Shown one piece after another: positions 25,148 through 37,900 of a stretch of DNA of 64,000 nucleotides (the first letter of the stretch is position 1; every line of letters begins with the position of its first letter). Origin of the DNA: Camelus dromedarius (taxonomy: Eukaryota). The stretch lies in NCBI RefSeq assembly GCF_036321535.1, contig NC_087436.1, positions 42,782,001 through 42,846,000 on the forward strand. The letters are read 5' to 3'. The position numbers were made by a program, and so were the translations under genes. The notes beneath the pieces were generated by a model. It had not been told where the DNA came from. It ran no database searches and was given only the letters and a program-made list of their open reading frames with translations.

Positions 25148-26470
25148 GTCAGTGAGGTTTTGAAGTAGGGAGTGCTGGGTTCCATCTATCACTTTTTATG
25201 AAAGAAGAGGTATTTCTGGAACATCCCCTGTCTCTAATCAAATACAGCATGGTAGCAGCAACCGAATCTGCTCATCATCTTTTTACTTTACCTACTGTGG
25301 ATTGTTTGATGCCTGCTATAAATTTTAGACACTCTTATTTTATTGAGGCAACTTATTCTCATGCACATTTACTTGGAGTAGTGTAAAGGATGCATTGATA
25401 ATACTTTCTTGGTCACTTAATTTCAATGCTTTATTCACTGATAAATTCGATCTACTTTTTAGTGGATAGATTCTTCACCTGGAGTAAATGAACTTTTATG
25501 GATTCATTGTGAGCTTTATAGTGTGTATGAAAATTTTAGTTTTTCTGAGATTAGGATCTAAAGGTTTTATGAAATTTTATGAAATTTTCCCAAGTGTATG
25601 TAACACTCCCTGCTCTCTACCTCCTCCACATCAATAACCCTTCTGCTCCAGTGTGAGAAAGATAGCATAGAAAATGTCAAGTAATTTAGGCTGACATTAC
25701 ACATTGTTAATGTGATTTTAAATGTGTATTTATTCTTTGTCAGTATATATTAAAATATGCATGTTTCTATTAAGAATACAATTTAGTTATGGACTTGCTT
25801 TTAATCAGGTTACTTCAGGTTAATAAAATTTAAGTTGCTAGTCAGGGAAATTAATTTCCCATTTTTCTTATAACACTGAAGTTTGTTTTTCACAATTAGT
25901 AAAATATGCCAGAATATCCCAGTACAATGAGATAGTTTATAACCATTAAATTTCAATGTACACAAAGAAGAAAACAGATTATTTTATTTTCGTTCTAGAA
26001 ATGTTAAGGACTAAATGTTTAGGAAGCTTGTTAGGTTATTGGGGGGGAAACTGATGGAAATGCTAATCTTGTATATTTATAGAAAATATTCAGATTTTAT
26101 TTTAGTATTCATTCTGACTCCCAGACCATAGAGAAAGCAGGCCCTATTTTATCTCTTCAGGAATAGTACTGTGTTTCTAACACTTTTTTATATCAATTAT
26201 ATTTTCTGGGGAATCATAAAATTTAATTGCATAAAATTATGCAAGACAAAAGCTTCTCAACTATTTGGTTGAAATGCCACCAGCATCATTTTGCCACATG
26301 AAGCGCCTGTTCCTTTTTAAAAAAAAACTCAGTGTGATAAGAAATAGAAAGCTGCACCTGTGGAGGAATCTTGAAATACATTTTCAAAAATACGTGTTTG
26401 AAATATACCTTCCATTTTATGTGTTCTGTAAAATAGGATATTTGGTTCATCATGAACCTTTGTGCACTTC

Positions 26471-26502
26471 TTATTCAGTTGTGTGGAGTTATTCAGTTGT
26501 GT
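26471..26502. repeat. 14-bp direct duplication, period 18
   Basis: ttattcagttgtgt occurs twice. Confidence 0.9.
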
Positions 26503-26684
26503 CCCAAATTAATTTCTCTCATTCAGACGGTATTTAAAGCAAGAAAGTTATTTTTAAAAGTCTGAACTGTTTTAACTTTAAAAAATTATGCTTTTAATGA
26601 GCCTGTAGTGCACTGAAGAAGTTTTTATGGATTTGGTGACCAATTAAGACCTACCTTTTGTATTCTACTATAGCCGTCCTCCAG

Positions 26685-26860
26685 ACCACTAACATATTAC
26701 ATTGTTATTACATCCCCTGTCTGTATCCTCCACTAAACTCTGGGCTGTTTAAGGGGAAAAATTGACTCCTATTGAATCTATATTCTCATATTTAGCGCAG
26801 ATTTATCTACATTCTCAATGGCTAGAACTCAGTATATGCTCTTTAAATGAACAAATTCAC
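26685..26860 (+). mobile_element. L2 3' end
   Basis: ctgtctgtatcctccactaaactctgggctgtttaagggg...ctcagtatatgctctttaaatgaac. Confidence 0.55.
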
Positions 26861-26892
26861 ATTTATGAAAATACCATCCTCTCTGTATTTAG

Positions 26893-27204
26893 CTGTGCTC
26901 TCCAGTTTGGTATCCACTAGCTCTGTGTGGCTAATGAGCACTTAATACATGGCTGGCCTGAACTGAAATTTGATGTAAGTGAAAATACACACTAGATTTC
27001 AAAGACTTAGAATGTAAAATAGCTCATTGATGTTTTTATATTGATTCTATGTTGAAATATTTAAATATTTTTGATTAAATAAACCATATTGAAATTGAGT
27101 GCACATATTGCTTTTTGCTTTTTTACTGTGGCTGCCACACAATTTAACACAACATACATGATTTGCATTTGTGGCTTCCATTAAATTGCCATTTGACAGT
27201 ACTG
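26893..27204 (-). mobile_element. MER33 (hAT-Charlie), full length
   Basis: ccactagctctgtgtggcta...tgtaagtgaaaatacacactagatttcaaagacttag...tgacagtactg is colinear with the MER33 reverse consensus; about 310 bp. Confidence 0.85.
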
Positions 27205-27212
27205 TTCTGAAG

Positions 27213-27394
27213 CAAAAGTTGGTAAATAATGGTCCATGGGCTATAGCTGACCTATTTTTATATGGCCAATGAGCTTAAAAAGGTTTTTACATTTTTAAAA
27301 GTGTATGTTAAAAAAAATGCAATGGAAGCCATATGTGGTATACAAAACATAGAATATTGACTCTCTGGACTTCAGTGTAAAAAGCTTATCCCTG
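27213..27394 (+). mobile_element. MER58C-like (hAT-Charlie)
   Basis: tgagcttaaaaaggtttttacatttttaaa...atatgtgg...aatattgactctctggac...aaaaagcttatccctg. Confidence 0.75.
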
Positions 27395-27529
27395 TGTAAA
27401 GAAATTAACAGATCATATAACTTATAATTCTTACCTTCCAGCAGCCTGTATAGCTTGTTGGAAATAACATTTTTGAAATGTTGCATAACACAATGAGAGT
27501 TTTATTAAGTGATAGTGTTATGTGTTCAA

Positions 27530-28240
27530 GGACTGTATGAGGTAGAAGTAGATTAGAGCTGAGCCTTAAAGGATGAGATGATTTGGGCAGGAAGAGTAGT
27601 GCATATGGTGATGTGCTTCCCAGATAACCCTTCAAAGAAGTTCTTGCTCTCTCAGCTACTGGGAATGTTATCAGCCCCTTCCGGGATTGCCTTTGTAGAG
27701 CCAGCTAGCCAAAGGTCACAACCTTCCTGGCATGGCCGATAGCCCTTGGGGTTTCAGGGTGGAATGTAAAGGCCTGACCATTTCAGCAAACTGGAGACAA
27801 GGCTGAAGGGACATTTTAGCCACAGAGTTCCTCAAAGTGTTTCTGAGGCTGCCATGGCTGTGTCATAGCTCAATTCTCCCTCTTCCCAAGTCTGCATCCT
27901 TCTTCTCCTTCCATCAGGTTTGATCCTAAGGGCATTCCTCTGATAAATGTTGGGCATGCTGAACTCCATCTCAGTCTGCTACCCAGCGAATCCAGCCTGC
28001 TTCGGACAGAAAGTGAATAGTATTCCACTTGTTGAGACTTGCAGGAACAGAGGAACAGAAGCAAGAATAAATAAAAGCTCAGTTCGGGGATGGTAAAATT
28101 AATTACCTGGGTAGTGGAGGGTGTTTATGTTTGAAATGACAGGCTATAAGGTTGCCAAAAGGGCTTTTCCCTGGGGAGAACAGGAAGCCTTTTGAGCAGG
28201 GATGTGACATGAAGAGTGCTTTAGGGGAATTAATCTAGTA
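27530..28240 (-). mobile_element. L2 fragment interrupted by LTR16A
   Basis: gagctgagccttaaaggatgag before the LTR; tattcca...ttttgagcagggatgtgacatga...taatctag after it. Confidence 0.6.
27597..28002 (+). mobile_element. LTR16A-like solo LTR (ERVL)
   Basis: cccagataacccttca...cagctactgggaatgtt...taaaggcctgaccatttc...tgatcctaagggcattcctctgataaa...ctccatctcagtctgct. Confidence 0.8.
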
Positions 28241-30404
28241 AAGAGAAGTGTGGATTTGGATTATAGCAGACAAAATTATTAAAGAAAATATATCCATACC
28301 TGTGCTAATTTTTCATCAGTGCCTGATTTTGTGGGTTGTCAGTAAGTGATGATTGAATACATACATTGGTTTTAGTTTAACTAAAACTTTATTAATGGAG
28401 ATTTAAGAATTCAAAATTATTCTGGCAATATACTCTTTTGGATCTTTTCTGAAGGCTGAATCAGGCTCCCTGCCTCCAGTCTATTCCTGAAGAGGGTAGG
28501 AAGAGTGCCCTTCTAGAGTGTCCTGGGCTCATCCTAAGGGCTGCCTGGCATTTTACTACTATAGTTTTTTCAAATACCAGCTGACACAGCTGAGCCTACT
28601 CTTGCCAGTTGAGTTTGCTCTGACCGCTTTCGTCTCTTCTACAGTCGCCCACAGCTAGAATCAGGCAGGGAAAATTGAATTGGGTGGTCTTCCTGGATAG
28701 GTAGGTGGCACAGTTTACCTGGGCCCCTTGTGTTTGTTACCTTCACAATTTTACACTTCCTTGCCTGGTTTGGAGGGAAGCGTTTTTATTTTCGTTGTTG
28801 TAGTTTCTTGACCTGAAGGGGTTGGTTATTTGATACAGCTATTTAGAGCTAAGGAGAAGCCTTTATTACCAAGGCTGGGAAGTGTGGCACCAGCCTAGGC
28901 TTTGGAATTAAGCAAACAAAACTGGTACCAGTGACTCTCCTGGAGTTGAAACAGCTGCTCTCTTACCAGTGTCTTAGCCTCCAAGAATCGGCAGGAAAAA
29001 TAAATGCTATATTCTGTGTATGGTAATTTTCTCAACCAAAGGTTTATCCTCCCTTGGCCTTTATTATGAATTGGAATTTGCTTAAATGTCATTGACAAAA
29101 GTAAAGATGGGCAACATACAATTATGAGCTTATTAAAAATAACCCTTTGACAGGGCAGTGAAATGGCTGCCTGTTTAAAGTTGGCAGTATTTCTTAGGGT
29201 GTTTCATAAAAAGTAGCCTCAGTCTTGGCTGACTTTGGTCAGTACCTCTGAAGTTAATTCAGTTTCAGTTGCCCATTGAATATTATATGCTTGTGTTTCC
29301 ACAGAAACAATTTTGTAAAATTTGATATTCAGAAAGAACCAGATGGAGATGTTATGGACAAGCAGGAATGTAGGATGCTTAAGTACATACTCATTTGAAA
29401 TGAAATAAACAAATAGTGGAACTTGCTTCTTAACATGACTCATAATTCCCCAGCAACATCTACATTATGAAAGTGTCTAGTAGTTTTCTTAAAAGAATGA
29501 CTGTCTCTTGTTCATAAATCTGTTCCTAAAAGTTGGTGACTTCGGTTTATCAAAACACAAATTGACATGTGTATTTTAATGAATGCAGATGCATAGAAAT
29601 GAGTTTCTTTTAAATTTGTATCAGAACAATTTTGTCTCTATACTCAAAATATTTTGTGTATGCTCTCTGTATAACTATATTAGAGTTCCCAAAATGTGGT
29701 TTGTTTTATATAGGTATAATTTTTATTTCCCATAGGTCTTATTATCTTTGGGGATGTGAACAAGATGATTATGGATTATATAAATCACTTTTTAGGCATG
29801 GAGGGAGATTGGAAAGTGGGGCAGAATGGGAGGGAGAAGGATTGTGGTCATGTCACCTGTCTCTCCAGCTTGTAGACTGATGATAGGTCAGAGTTAACAT
29901 CTTGCTAAACTTTAGATTGCATCCTTGAGTATCCATGACATACTACTAAAAGGCATTTACACTGCTTAAATATGTCAGTGTTTTTCTGAGAATACATTGT
30001 CTGAAAAGCAAAACTTTAGTTTTACAACAAAATAAGACAAGGATATCAGGTAAGCAGGATAAAAGTTTTTACATGATGGTTTTTACTTTAATTTCATGGC
30101 ATATAAGAGAGAGAGAGTGCTACCTTCACTGTTCGCCAGAAAAGATCCTCTGTGCCTCTGGTCTGTTCAGGCTGGTTCCTTAATCTTCTGTAACTATGTA
30201 TACCAGTGGATAAGCACAGGGATCACATCATATTTGTTCTTTGTGCTGGAGTCCCTATATTTCTATTCTTACTAATTAATGTGATCTTTGGTAAGACTTT
30301 AAAAATATACCACTGAGGTGTATTATTTTCTAGAAGCAGTTTGACAACTGAAATATAATTATTATCTAATTACACAATGAATACCTAATTGAAATATAGA
30401 CAAT

Positions 30405-30895
30405 ATAGATAATAGCCGTTGATCTAGCAACCATACCTCTAGGATGACAAAATCACCAAAGTGTGTATGTACACATATAAAAGGTTTATTGAGGCATAGT
30501 TTGGTAATGGTAAAAATTGGACACACCTCCATGTCTATCAATTGGAGATTAAACAAATAAATAAATAAATTTTGGAGCCAGTGCACCCAAAATTGACTGT
30601 TTTTGTTAGGAAGATGATGTAAATATACACGGAAATGTGTACAACACGTATCATTAGATGAAAGGAAAGCAAATTATAGAACAGTTTATGTAAACAAAAA
30701 AGAAAGTGTCTGGATATATACTTTTATTTCCTGGTGCAAAATATGTCTGGAAGGACATACAGACAATGATACTTTCAGAGGGTGGGACCGAGGGAACCAG
30801 AGGTGGAAAAGATAGGATTTGGGTCTTTACTTTTTCTTTTTTGTACTGTTTGAATTGTTTTAGCAGTAAATACATTTGTAAAATATGTAAAATTA
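30405..30895 (+). mobile_element. L1ME-class 3' fragment
   Basis: ttgatctagcaaccatacctctagga...tttggtaatggtaaaaattgga...tgtactgtttgaatt. Confidence 0.7.
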
Positions 30896-30929
30896 GATGT
30901 AAACCACTGATAGACATTACAATGGGTAC

Positions 30930-31130
30930 AGTAATAACAATGATGAGTGCTGATTTTTACTGAGGGTTTACAGTGGGCCAAGCGTTATTGAATACTTGTG
31001 GCATAGGTACTAAATTTGATATTGTGATAACATAAATCCTATCAGGTATATCTATTGTAATTCTGTTTTATGGATAATGGATCTGAGGCACAGAGCACTG
31101 TGGTTATATGTCTAAGTCAATGTATTAGGA
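30930..31130 (-). mobile_element. MIR
   Basis: tttactgagggtttacagtgggccaagc...ttttatggataatggatctgaggcacagag. Confidence 0.7.
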
Positions 31131-31809
31131 AAGAGTCAAAAGCATTGGGTATAGATATTGAATGAATATTGTCATTTAAAAATGATCTCTCCTCTGTGAC
31201 CTAGGAGGCTAAACACTGTGACTTGCTAGTTTTGTGAGCAGGATGGAAAGGGAAGGTGGATCTTTTACCCCATGACTTCTGCAATGGTTCTTAGGAGTTT
31301 AATTCAAGGAGAAAATAGGCTATTTGATAAATTCCAAGAACGTCTGTTTGAGGGAGTCATTTCCAGGAGGGGAAAAATCAGCTATGCTTTGGAATTTTTT
31401 GTAGATATTTCAAAACAGAGAGGTATTATATGAGTCATTTCTCATAAGAACTGGCCTATTATAGTAAAAAGAATCCTTCCCTTATTTTCCAAGATTATTG
31501 GTGGATTGAGAGATTCTAATAAATGATTCTCTCTTGCAGTAGTTATCCAAGTACAGAAATGAGAAAGATAATTTCTAGGCCAGGGCTTTGAATGCATTTA
31601 AGAATTATGATCCTTCATTCAACAGGTATTGTTTGTGTGTGTCAGAAATGTACAACTAACATATTTTTACAACCAAATTCAAATTTCTCTGACCCTCAAA
31701 ATTCTCCATAATGTCTTCCCTTTTTACCTGTTAACCTTTTCACTCACTGTTCTCCAATAAACTCTCTACATCATCTGACCTATTCAGGCTGGCTGCTTAA
31801 TCATTGCCC

Positions 31810-31945
31810 TGTAACTGCCTTTGCCAGGCGATGAACTGCTTAAGCACAGGGATCATCTGTTTGTTCCTAGTGTTCCTGATACCGATAACAGTGCCTCTAA
31901 CATTAGAGACTTATGCTGTTGAGCAAATGAGCAAAAATGAATGCA
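31810..31945 (+). mobile_element. L2 3' end
   Basis: tgaactgcttaagcacagggatcatctgtttgttc...aacagtgcct...tgttgagcaaatga. Confidence 0.7.
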
Positions 31946-32274
31946 TTAATTTTTGTCTCCATGTTCTTGTACATACACATTTCCACATGTACATTTTTGC
32001 CTTCCTTTATTTCCTCAACCTTTTCAAAACCTTTATGCCAGAGTCACTGTACTTAGGAAAGACCCTCAGTCAGTATCACCGACTTTCTGGCTCAGACGTA
32101 GCAGGTCCCCACTGCCTCCTGTACCAAGTCTGGAATCCTTTCAAGGTAGGGACATTGTGCTTCCTGGTACATCCCAGTGTTATGTCTTACTAGGCTATTT
32201 TTCAGACTACCTCATCACATAGTTAAATACTACCTTCTCTGTGCTGCAGGATGGGACCATCTTTCTGTTAGACA

Positions 32275-33110
32275 CAAGAGTTAAGAACATGGCGTTTGGA
32301 TGACCTGAATTCAAATCCTGATTCTTTCACTTTCTAGCCATGTTAAAATTTAGTAAAGTCACTTTTTTCCCTCATTTTTTCTCCCAGATTTTTTTGAAAC
32401 ATAATTGACATACAACATTATATAAATTTATGTGCAACATTTGACACGTGTACATGTTGCAAAATGTTTGATAGTAAGGTTAGTTAACACATCCATCACC
32501 TCACATAATTATTTTTTTTTTTTGTGGTAAGAACATATAAGATGTACTGTCTTAGCAACTTTCAAGTATACGATACAGTATTGTTAACTATAGTCACCAT
32601 TCTATATGTTAGATCCCAAGAGCTCATTCACTTTATAACTGAGAAGTTTTACCCCTTGACAAATCTTCCCACTTTCCCTACCCCTCAGCCTCTGGTAACT
32701 GTCAATCTACTATCTTTATGAATTTGGCATGTAAGTGATATGCATATCTGTGTCTGTGCATCTGTATCTGTCTATATCTATATCTTACATTTTCTTTATC
32801 CATTCATTCATCAGTGGACAGTGGACACTTAGATTGTTTCCATGTCTTAGCTATTGTAAATAATGCTGCAGTGAACATAGGTGTGCAGGTATCTCTTTGA
32901 GACGATTTTATTTCCTTTGAGTATCCAGAAGTGAAACTGCCAGATCATATGGTGGTTAAATTTGTTAGTCTCTGAGCTTCAGTTTCCTCCTTTAGAAAGA
33001 AAGAAATAGAAACCTATGTCTTAGAATGTTGTGAGGATTGAATAACTTATTAAAGTGCTTAACACGTACGCCTGACATATTGTAAGCACTCAGTAGGTGT
33101 TAGCTTTTAT
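32275..33110 (+). mobile_element. MIR split in two by an L1 insertion (about 32275-32365 and 32967-33110)
   Basis: 5' half gttaagaacatgg...ttcaaatcctg...aagtcactt; 3' half tctctgagcttcagtttcctc...gttgtgaggattgaa...taagcactcagtaggtgttagct. Confidence 0.85.
32370..32955 (-). mobile_element. L1MA9-like 3' fragment
   Basis: ttagttaacacatccatcacctcacata...ttaactatagtcaccat...tttccatgtcttagctattgtaaataatgctgca. Confidence 0.85.
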
Positions 33111-33344
33111 GATTGGGTTGCTTATATTTTGCCTCACTTGTGATGATGAGGTCAGGACTGTTCCTGGACCACACAAATACAGTTGCTGTTAACAAATAGT
33201 TCCAGTTAACAGAATATTAGTAACGGATGGGTTATTAGTAATAATGGATGATAACATAATGCTTGAGAGTGTGAGGGAGATGACTGAAATCCGTTGAGTG
33301 ATTGTGTAGAGGCTAATTCTTTTTTGCTTCTTAGTAGATCTGCT

Positions 33345-34420
33345 TATTTATTAAACAAATAGTTATTGACTGCTTATCATATGCCTGGCACCTTTCTAGG
33401 TCCTGGTGATGCAGCAGGAATCAAAACAGAAGAAAATACCTGCCTTCATGGAGGAAACATTTTAGTCATTAAGTAAAATATAAGTATGTGAGATGGTAAT
33501 AAGGGCTGTGGAAAAAAATGAAGCAAGAGCAGGGGCCTCAGTGTGTGTATATAGGTGTGGGTGTAGGTATGTGTGTCTGTCAAGGTGTGTGGGTTGCAAT
33601 TTTAAACAGGATGGTTGGGAAAGACCCCACTCATGTGGCACATTTACGAAAAGTTCTGAAGGAGGTAAGGGAACAGCCACATATATGCCTGTGGAAAGAG
33701 TTTTCTAAGCAGAGGAATCAGGAAGTTCAGGGGTTTTGATTCAGTAGCATACCTGGTATGTTCAAGCGAGCAGGCCAATGTGTTGGGAGCTGGAGAGAGA
33801 GTAATAGGAGATGAGGTAAAGTTGTGTGTATGTATTGGGTGAGGGGGCACAGCTCATGCAGGACACTGTAGATCATGACCAGATCTGTGTGTTTTATGCT
33901 GAGATGGGGAATTTTTTTGAAGGTTTTGTGTGCAGGAGTAATATTATCTAACTTAGGGATCACTCTGGCTGTTGTGTTGAATATAGATTGAAGGGATTAA
34001 GAGCCCAAGCAGGGAGACACATTGGAGGCTGTTACAGTGTTCAAGTGAGACGTAATGTTGGCTTGGACTGGAGTAATTGTGGTGGCTGGATTCTGGTTGT
34101 ATTTTGAAAGCAGAACCAATGAGGGCTGCTGACAATTGGATATAAGATATGAGGGAAAGAGAGAGGTCATGGTTAAGACTTTTGGCTGAGCAACTTAGAA
34201 GGAGTTGTTATGTATTGAGGTGGAGAAAACTGAAGGAACAGTAGGTTTGGAGGGAGAGAACAAGAGCTAAATATGGACACTTCAGACGGGTGTGCTTTTA
34301 GATACTCAGATTGAGATAGAGAGCTGACCCTTAGATACGGTCTGGAATTCAGGGGTTGGAGATAAAAATTTGTATTTGTCCACATGTAGATAGTATTTGA
34401 AATGTTGAGATTGGATAGTG
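33345..34420 (-). mobile_element. L2 (L2a-like), about 1.1 kb of 3' portion
   Basis: aacaaatagttattgactgctt...cctgccttcatggag...gatcactctggctgttgtg...ttggaggctgttacagt...ttttggctgagcaact...ctggaattcagggg. Confidence 0.9.
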
Positions 34421-34744
34421 AATGATTGGCAAGTTCCTCCTGACCTTCCCACACCTTTTTTTAATTTAGTTTGTGTATCTTTATTTTACTCATTCTTCTT
34501 ACTCATCTTCCCATCCCACAAAGTTCAAAATGGTAGCAGTGTTGACAGTTATCATCCACCTTGAGGAATGTGAAGGAGCATTCTACTTCTCTTTTCTCAT
34601 TTTGAGGTGTAATTAGAATAATTATTCAGTTCAGTAAGATGAAGGAATCTTCTTGATGACTCTCCAGTTGTGATCAGATCATGCTCTGAATAGAACATTG
34701 GAAACTTATTTTCATGTTCCTTTGTTAGCCGTATTTATTTTGCA

Positions 34745-34960
34745 TCAGCTGTGTGCTAATCAAGGTCTACTGCTCTATGAATCAGTCTATAAACATGTGT
34801 AGAACACTGTGTACCTTTGCTGTGGGTGATATAAGAGAAGCGTTGCTAAACTTTCTGGCTTCAAGAAACTTGCTGATCATTTGGGAGCCTGGACTCACAC
34901 AGGTAAACCAATTAGAGCACAAGGTCAGACAGCATTTAATTGTGCCTTAGGTTGTGTAGT
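34745..34960 (-). mobile_element. L2 fragment
   Basis: cactgtgtacc...ctgtgggtgatata...ttcaagaaacttgc. Confidence 0.45.
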
Positions 34961-37900
34961 TTAGCAGTAACAGGAAAAGCTTATTTAAATTAACCTTTTG
35001 ATATTTTTTGACAATATTCTGATAAATTGCTTTCTTTTCATCATACATGATAGAATGGAGCACTGGGCAAGGTGGAGGGCACAGCAGAGGGTTCCTCCTG
35101 TCTGTCTGGCATCCCACAGGTGTTGGTGATGCCTTTGAGAAGTATTAGAGTCAAAGCCGCTTGTTCCTTCTCACTAAGGTTAATGAGCATGTGACCCACA
35201 TTCCCAAGTAAGAGCCTCCTGTAAACCCAGAAGTTGACTTTTTCCTTTATAGAAACACCTGCTTTTTGAGAAATAGATCAATCATTTTTAATTTTTTTTT
35301 TTAGTAGGTTGCCTGTTGCATCTTATTCTTGACTATTAACTTCCCCAAATAAAAACACATAGGTGGCACTGGGAGAACAGCTTCATTGCAAGAACTGAGA
35401 GGATTAGTGAAAGCTTGTATTAGTGCTTCATTAATAAATCAGCAGTGGGTAAGAAACTAGATCTTCCTTTTCCTGAAGACTTTAATGTATCTCATGCTCC
35501 ATTGGTCTAGGGGTCAGGAAACTCCTAAAGTTTGAGGTCAGATGATATCACATTGTATTTCCATTCTCTGGACAGATTGGCTAATTCTTACCCTTAGATT
35601 AATCCATCTACCCCCAGAAAAACTAGCTGATGTGGATAATGAACCAGTCTTTTATTTTCATACAAGGTTTTTAAAGACTAACAAATAGAAGAGATTTGTA
35701 TATAGAAGGGGAGAGTTTACGCTTTTGCCTGGTAACGCTACTCTAGCATGAATAAGTGAGGGAGAGTGGATACATTAAAACTCATTTTCATTTAGCCTTG
35801 GAAAGCTTGGTAGAATGTTTTTTTTAACAGATAATATCTTCTTATTTGGGTTCATTTTAGTAGATTTTTAAATTAAAAAATATTATTTAGGTAGTGTAAG
35901 AAAGTCTAAAGTGTTTCCTTTAGACAACCCCTCAAAAGCATTAATCTAGACAAGTGAAAACATTTTTATTGATACTTTTTTTTTTAATGTGTATTTGTTT
36001 AGAGCTATATCTGACCTCAGAATTCATGGATATACTTTTAAATTCCTAGGTCCTGAGAAAAAATTTCAAATAGAACTCAGTAGCCTTTCAAAAATAGAGT
36101 ATTTCCATCCTAGTTGGAATGCAAGGAATATGAATAACAAATAGACCCAAGGAGAAGGGAAATAGGACATTAATTCCTTTCCTTCTGCTCTGCCACTTGC
36201 TACCTTTGCCTGATCTTTCCATTTTTCTCTGTAAGGATCAGAAGAGTGTTTGAGTCTTAGGAAATGAGTAGCTGATTTTTAGCAAAGGCTTAATTGAAGC
36301 TACCAATAGAAGACAGTATTTTATTGGGTCACCTCCAAATACCTTACACCAATAAAATCTCAAAAAATCTGTTAGCTAGTATGGCTCAATTCCAAAATGT
36401 TAAGTCTTTCTTTGGCTTTCTTGACTTCCAGGATGGTCTCCTAGGAATTTCTTATGGAAGCTTTGGAGCCCATAAACTTAACAAATGTTCCTTCTGACAG
36501 CATAATGAAACCACACTGGGAAGGACTGCTACCTGGGGAGATTATATATTTAGGATTGGTTTTCTTATCCTGACCCCTTACTCAGAATTATTCCTTGCCC
36601 ATCATTCTTTTCTGTGCATGGTATCTGTCAGAAAGGTTAGCTCAGTACCAGTTTACAGCCAGCTGCCGCAGACTGGTTATATTTATTTTTCACATCTCCT
36701 GTGGGTCAGAGGGAGTATAAATGATTTCCTGTGGGTTCCTGTCTAAATAAGGAAGTAAAAGCTTTCATGAACTCTGTGCTTTATGAAAACCATTATAAGC
36801 TATTCTGTAAATTACATTAATAAAACTTGAAAATAAGATTCATTTTAAATGATAGTCAATGAGATAATATCCCTAAGAATAATGTAAAATTCATACACTC
36901 ATATTCAAGGAATGTGTATACAGAAATGTTTTGTGCATGTATATTATCTATAAATAGTGCAAAAGGAAATAACTATATGTAAATCAGCAAAATTTAATGG
37001 TACTCAAGAAGTTCACGAACTGAAGATTTTAGACATACTTTTATTTAGTGAATGATACTATCAAATTGATATTACTACTTTTTTGAAGTATATTTTATCA
37101 GAAGGACTGAGGATACATGTTTTCATCCTCTTCAGATAGAGTTGAATTGGTATTTTGATGTATGAATGGAAGAAATGTGGTCAATAGAATGCTTGTGCAG
37201 GGACAAGGCACCTGGAATTCATGAAGAACTTTGAGTGCTAGAGATCATCTTTTCTTAGAGAACCAGAAGTTGAAGGTTGAGATACTTAGTAAGGACTCTT
37301 AAATAATTCAGTGAGTTCTTCTTCAGCATTTTAAGTCTTGCTCATGTAGTTATTTCATGGCTGACTTTATTCTTCTCATGTATTGCTATTTTTTTTTTGT
37401 CCTTTTCTCAGGAGTAGGAAGAAAATTTCATTAAATATGGAACAGAGTTACATTCGTTGGTCATGCTTCACAGAATAGTGTAATTTGGCCATTTTCCCTC
37501 ATTACCCATTTAAGCAGTGTGGCAAACATAATTGGGTTTTCTTCTGCCATTCAAGAACATTTATACTCTTTTTAGTTGTAGATGCAGCCATTGAATGGCT
37601 GTAGCCTGGGAAAGTCTACTCATTCTGACGGCATTGCCTTTACTCCCACCATCAAACTATTTACTTCTTTCCATCCAATTTTCCAATTTAGGTGGCATAA
37701 TTAGCTTTAATCTTATAAAAAGTATGTGCCTTCACGTTCTAAACTATTGGTAGAACAGGTATGGTGCCACAGTCTAGGAATCTATGCAGAGCAGGTAGGG
37801 TTTTCAGTCTTCTGGTTTTTGAAAGTGTTGTGATGGATAATCTTTGTCCTTTTTAATTCTAATGGAGAGTGTTCCATTTCTTAAGTCTTTTTTTTTTAAG

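Noticed and set aside
25460..25605. Possible faint hAT MITE (similar trace at about 16030-16150) and a possible CR1 trace at about 19180-19320
   Set aside because: Similarity is too weak to call without an HMM search.
29869..30049. Pseudo-exon ctctccag|...CAG|gtaagc
   Set aside because: Good donor but short pyrimidine tract, AT-rich 181-nt body with stops and no other support.
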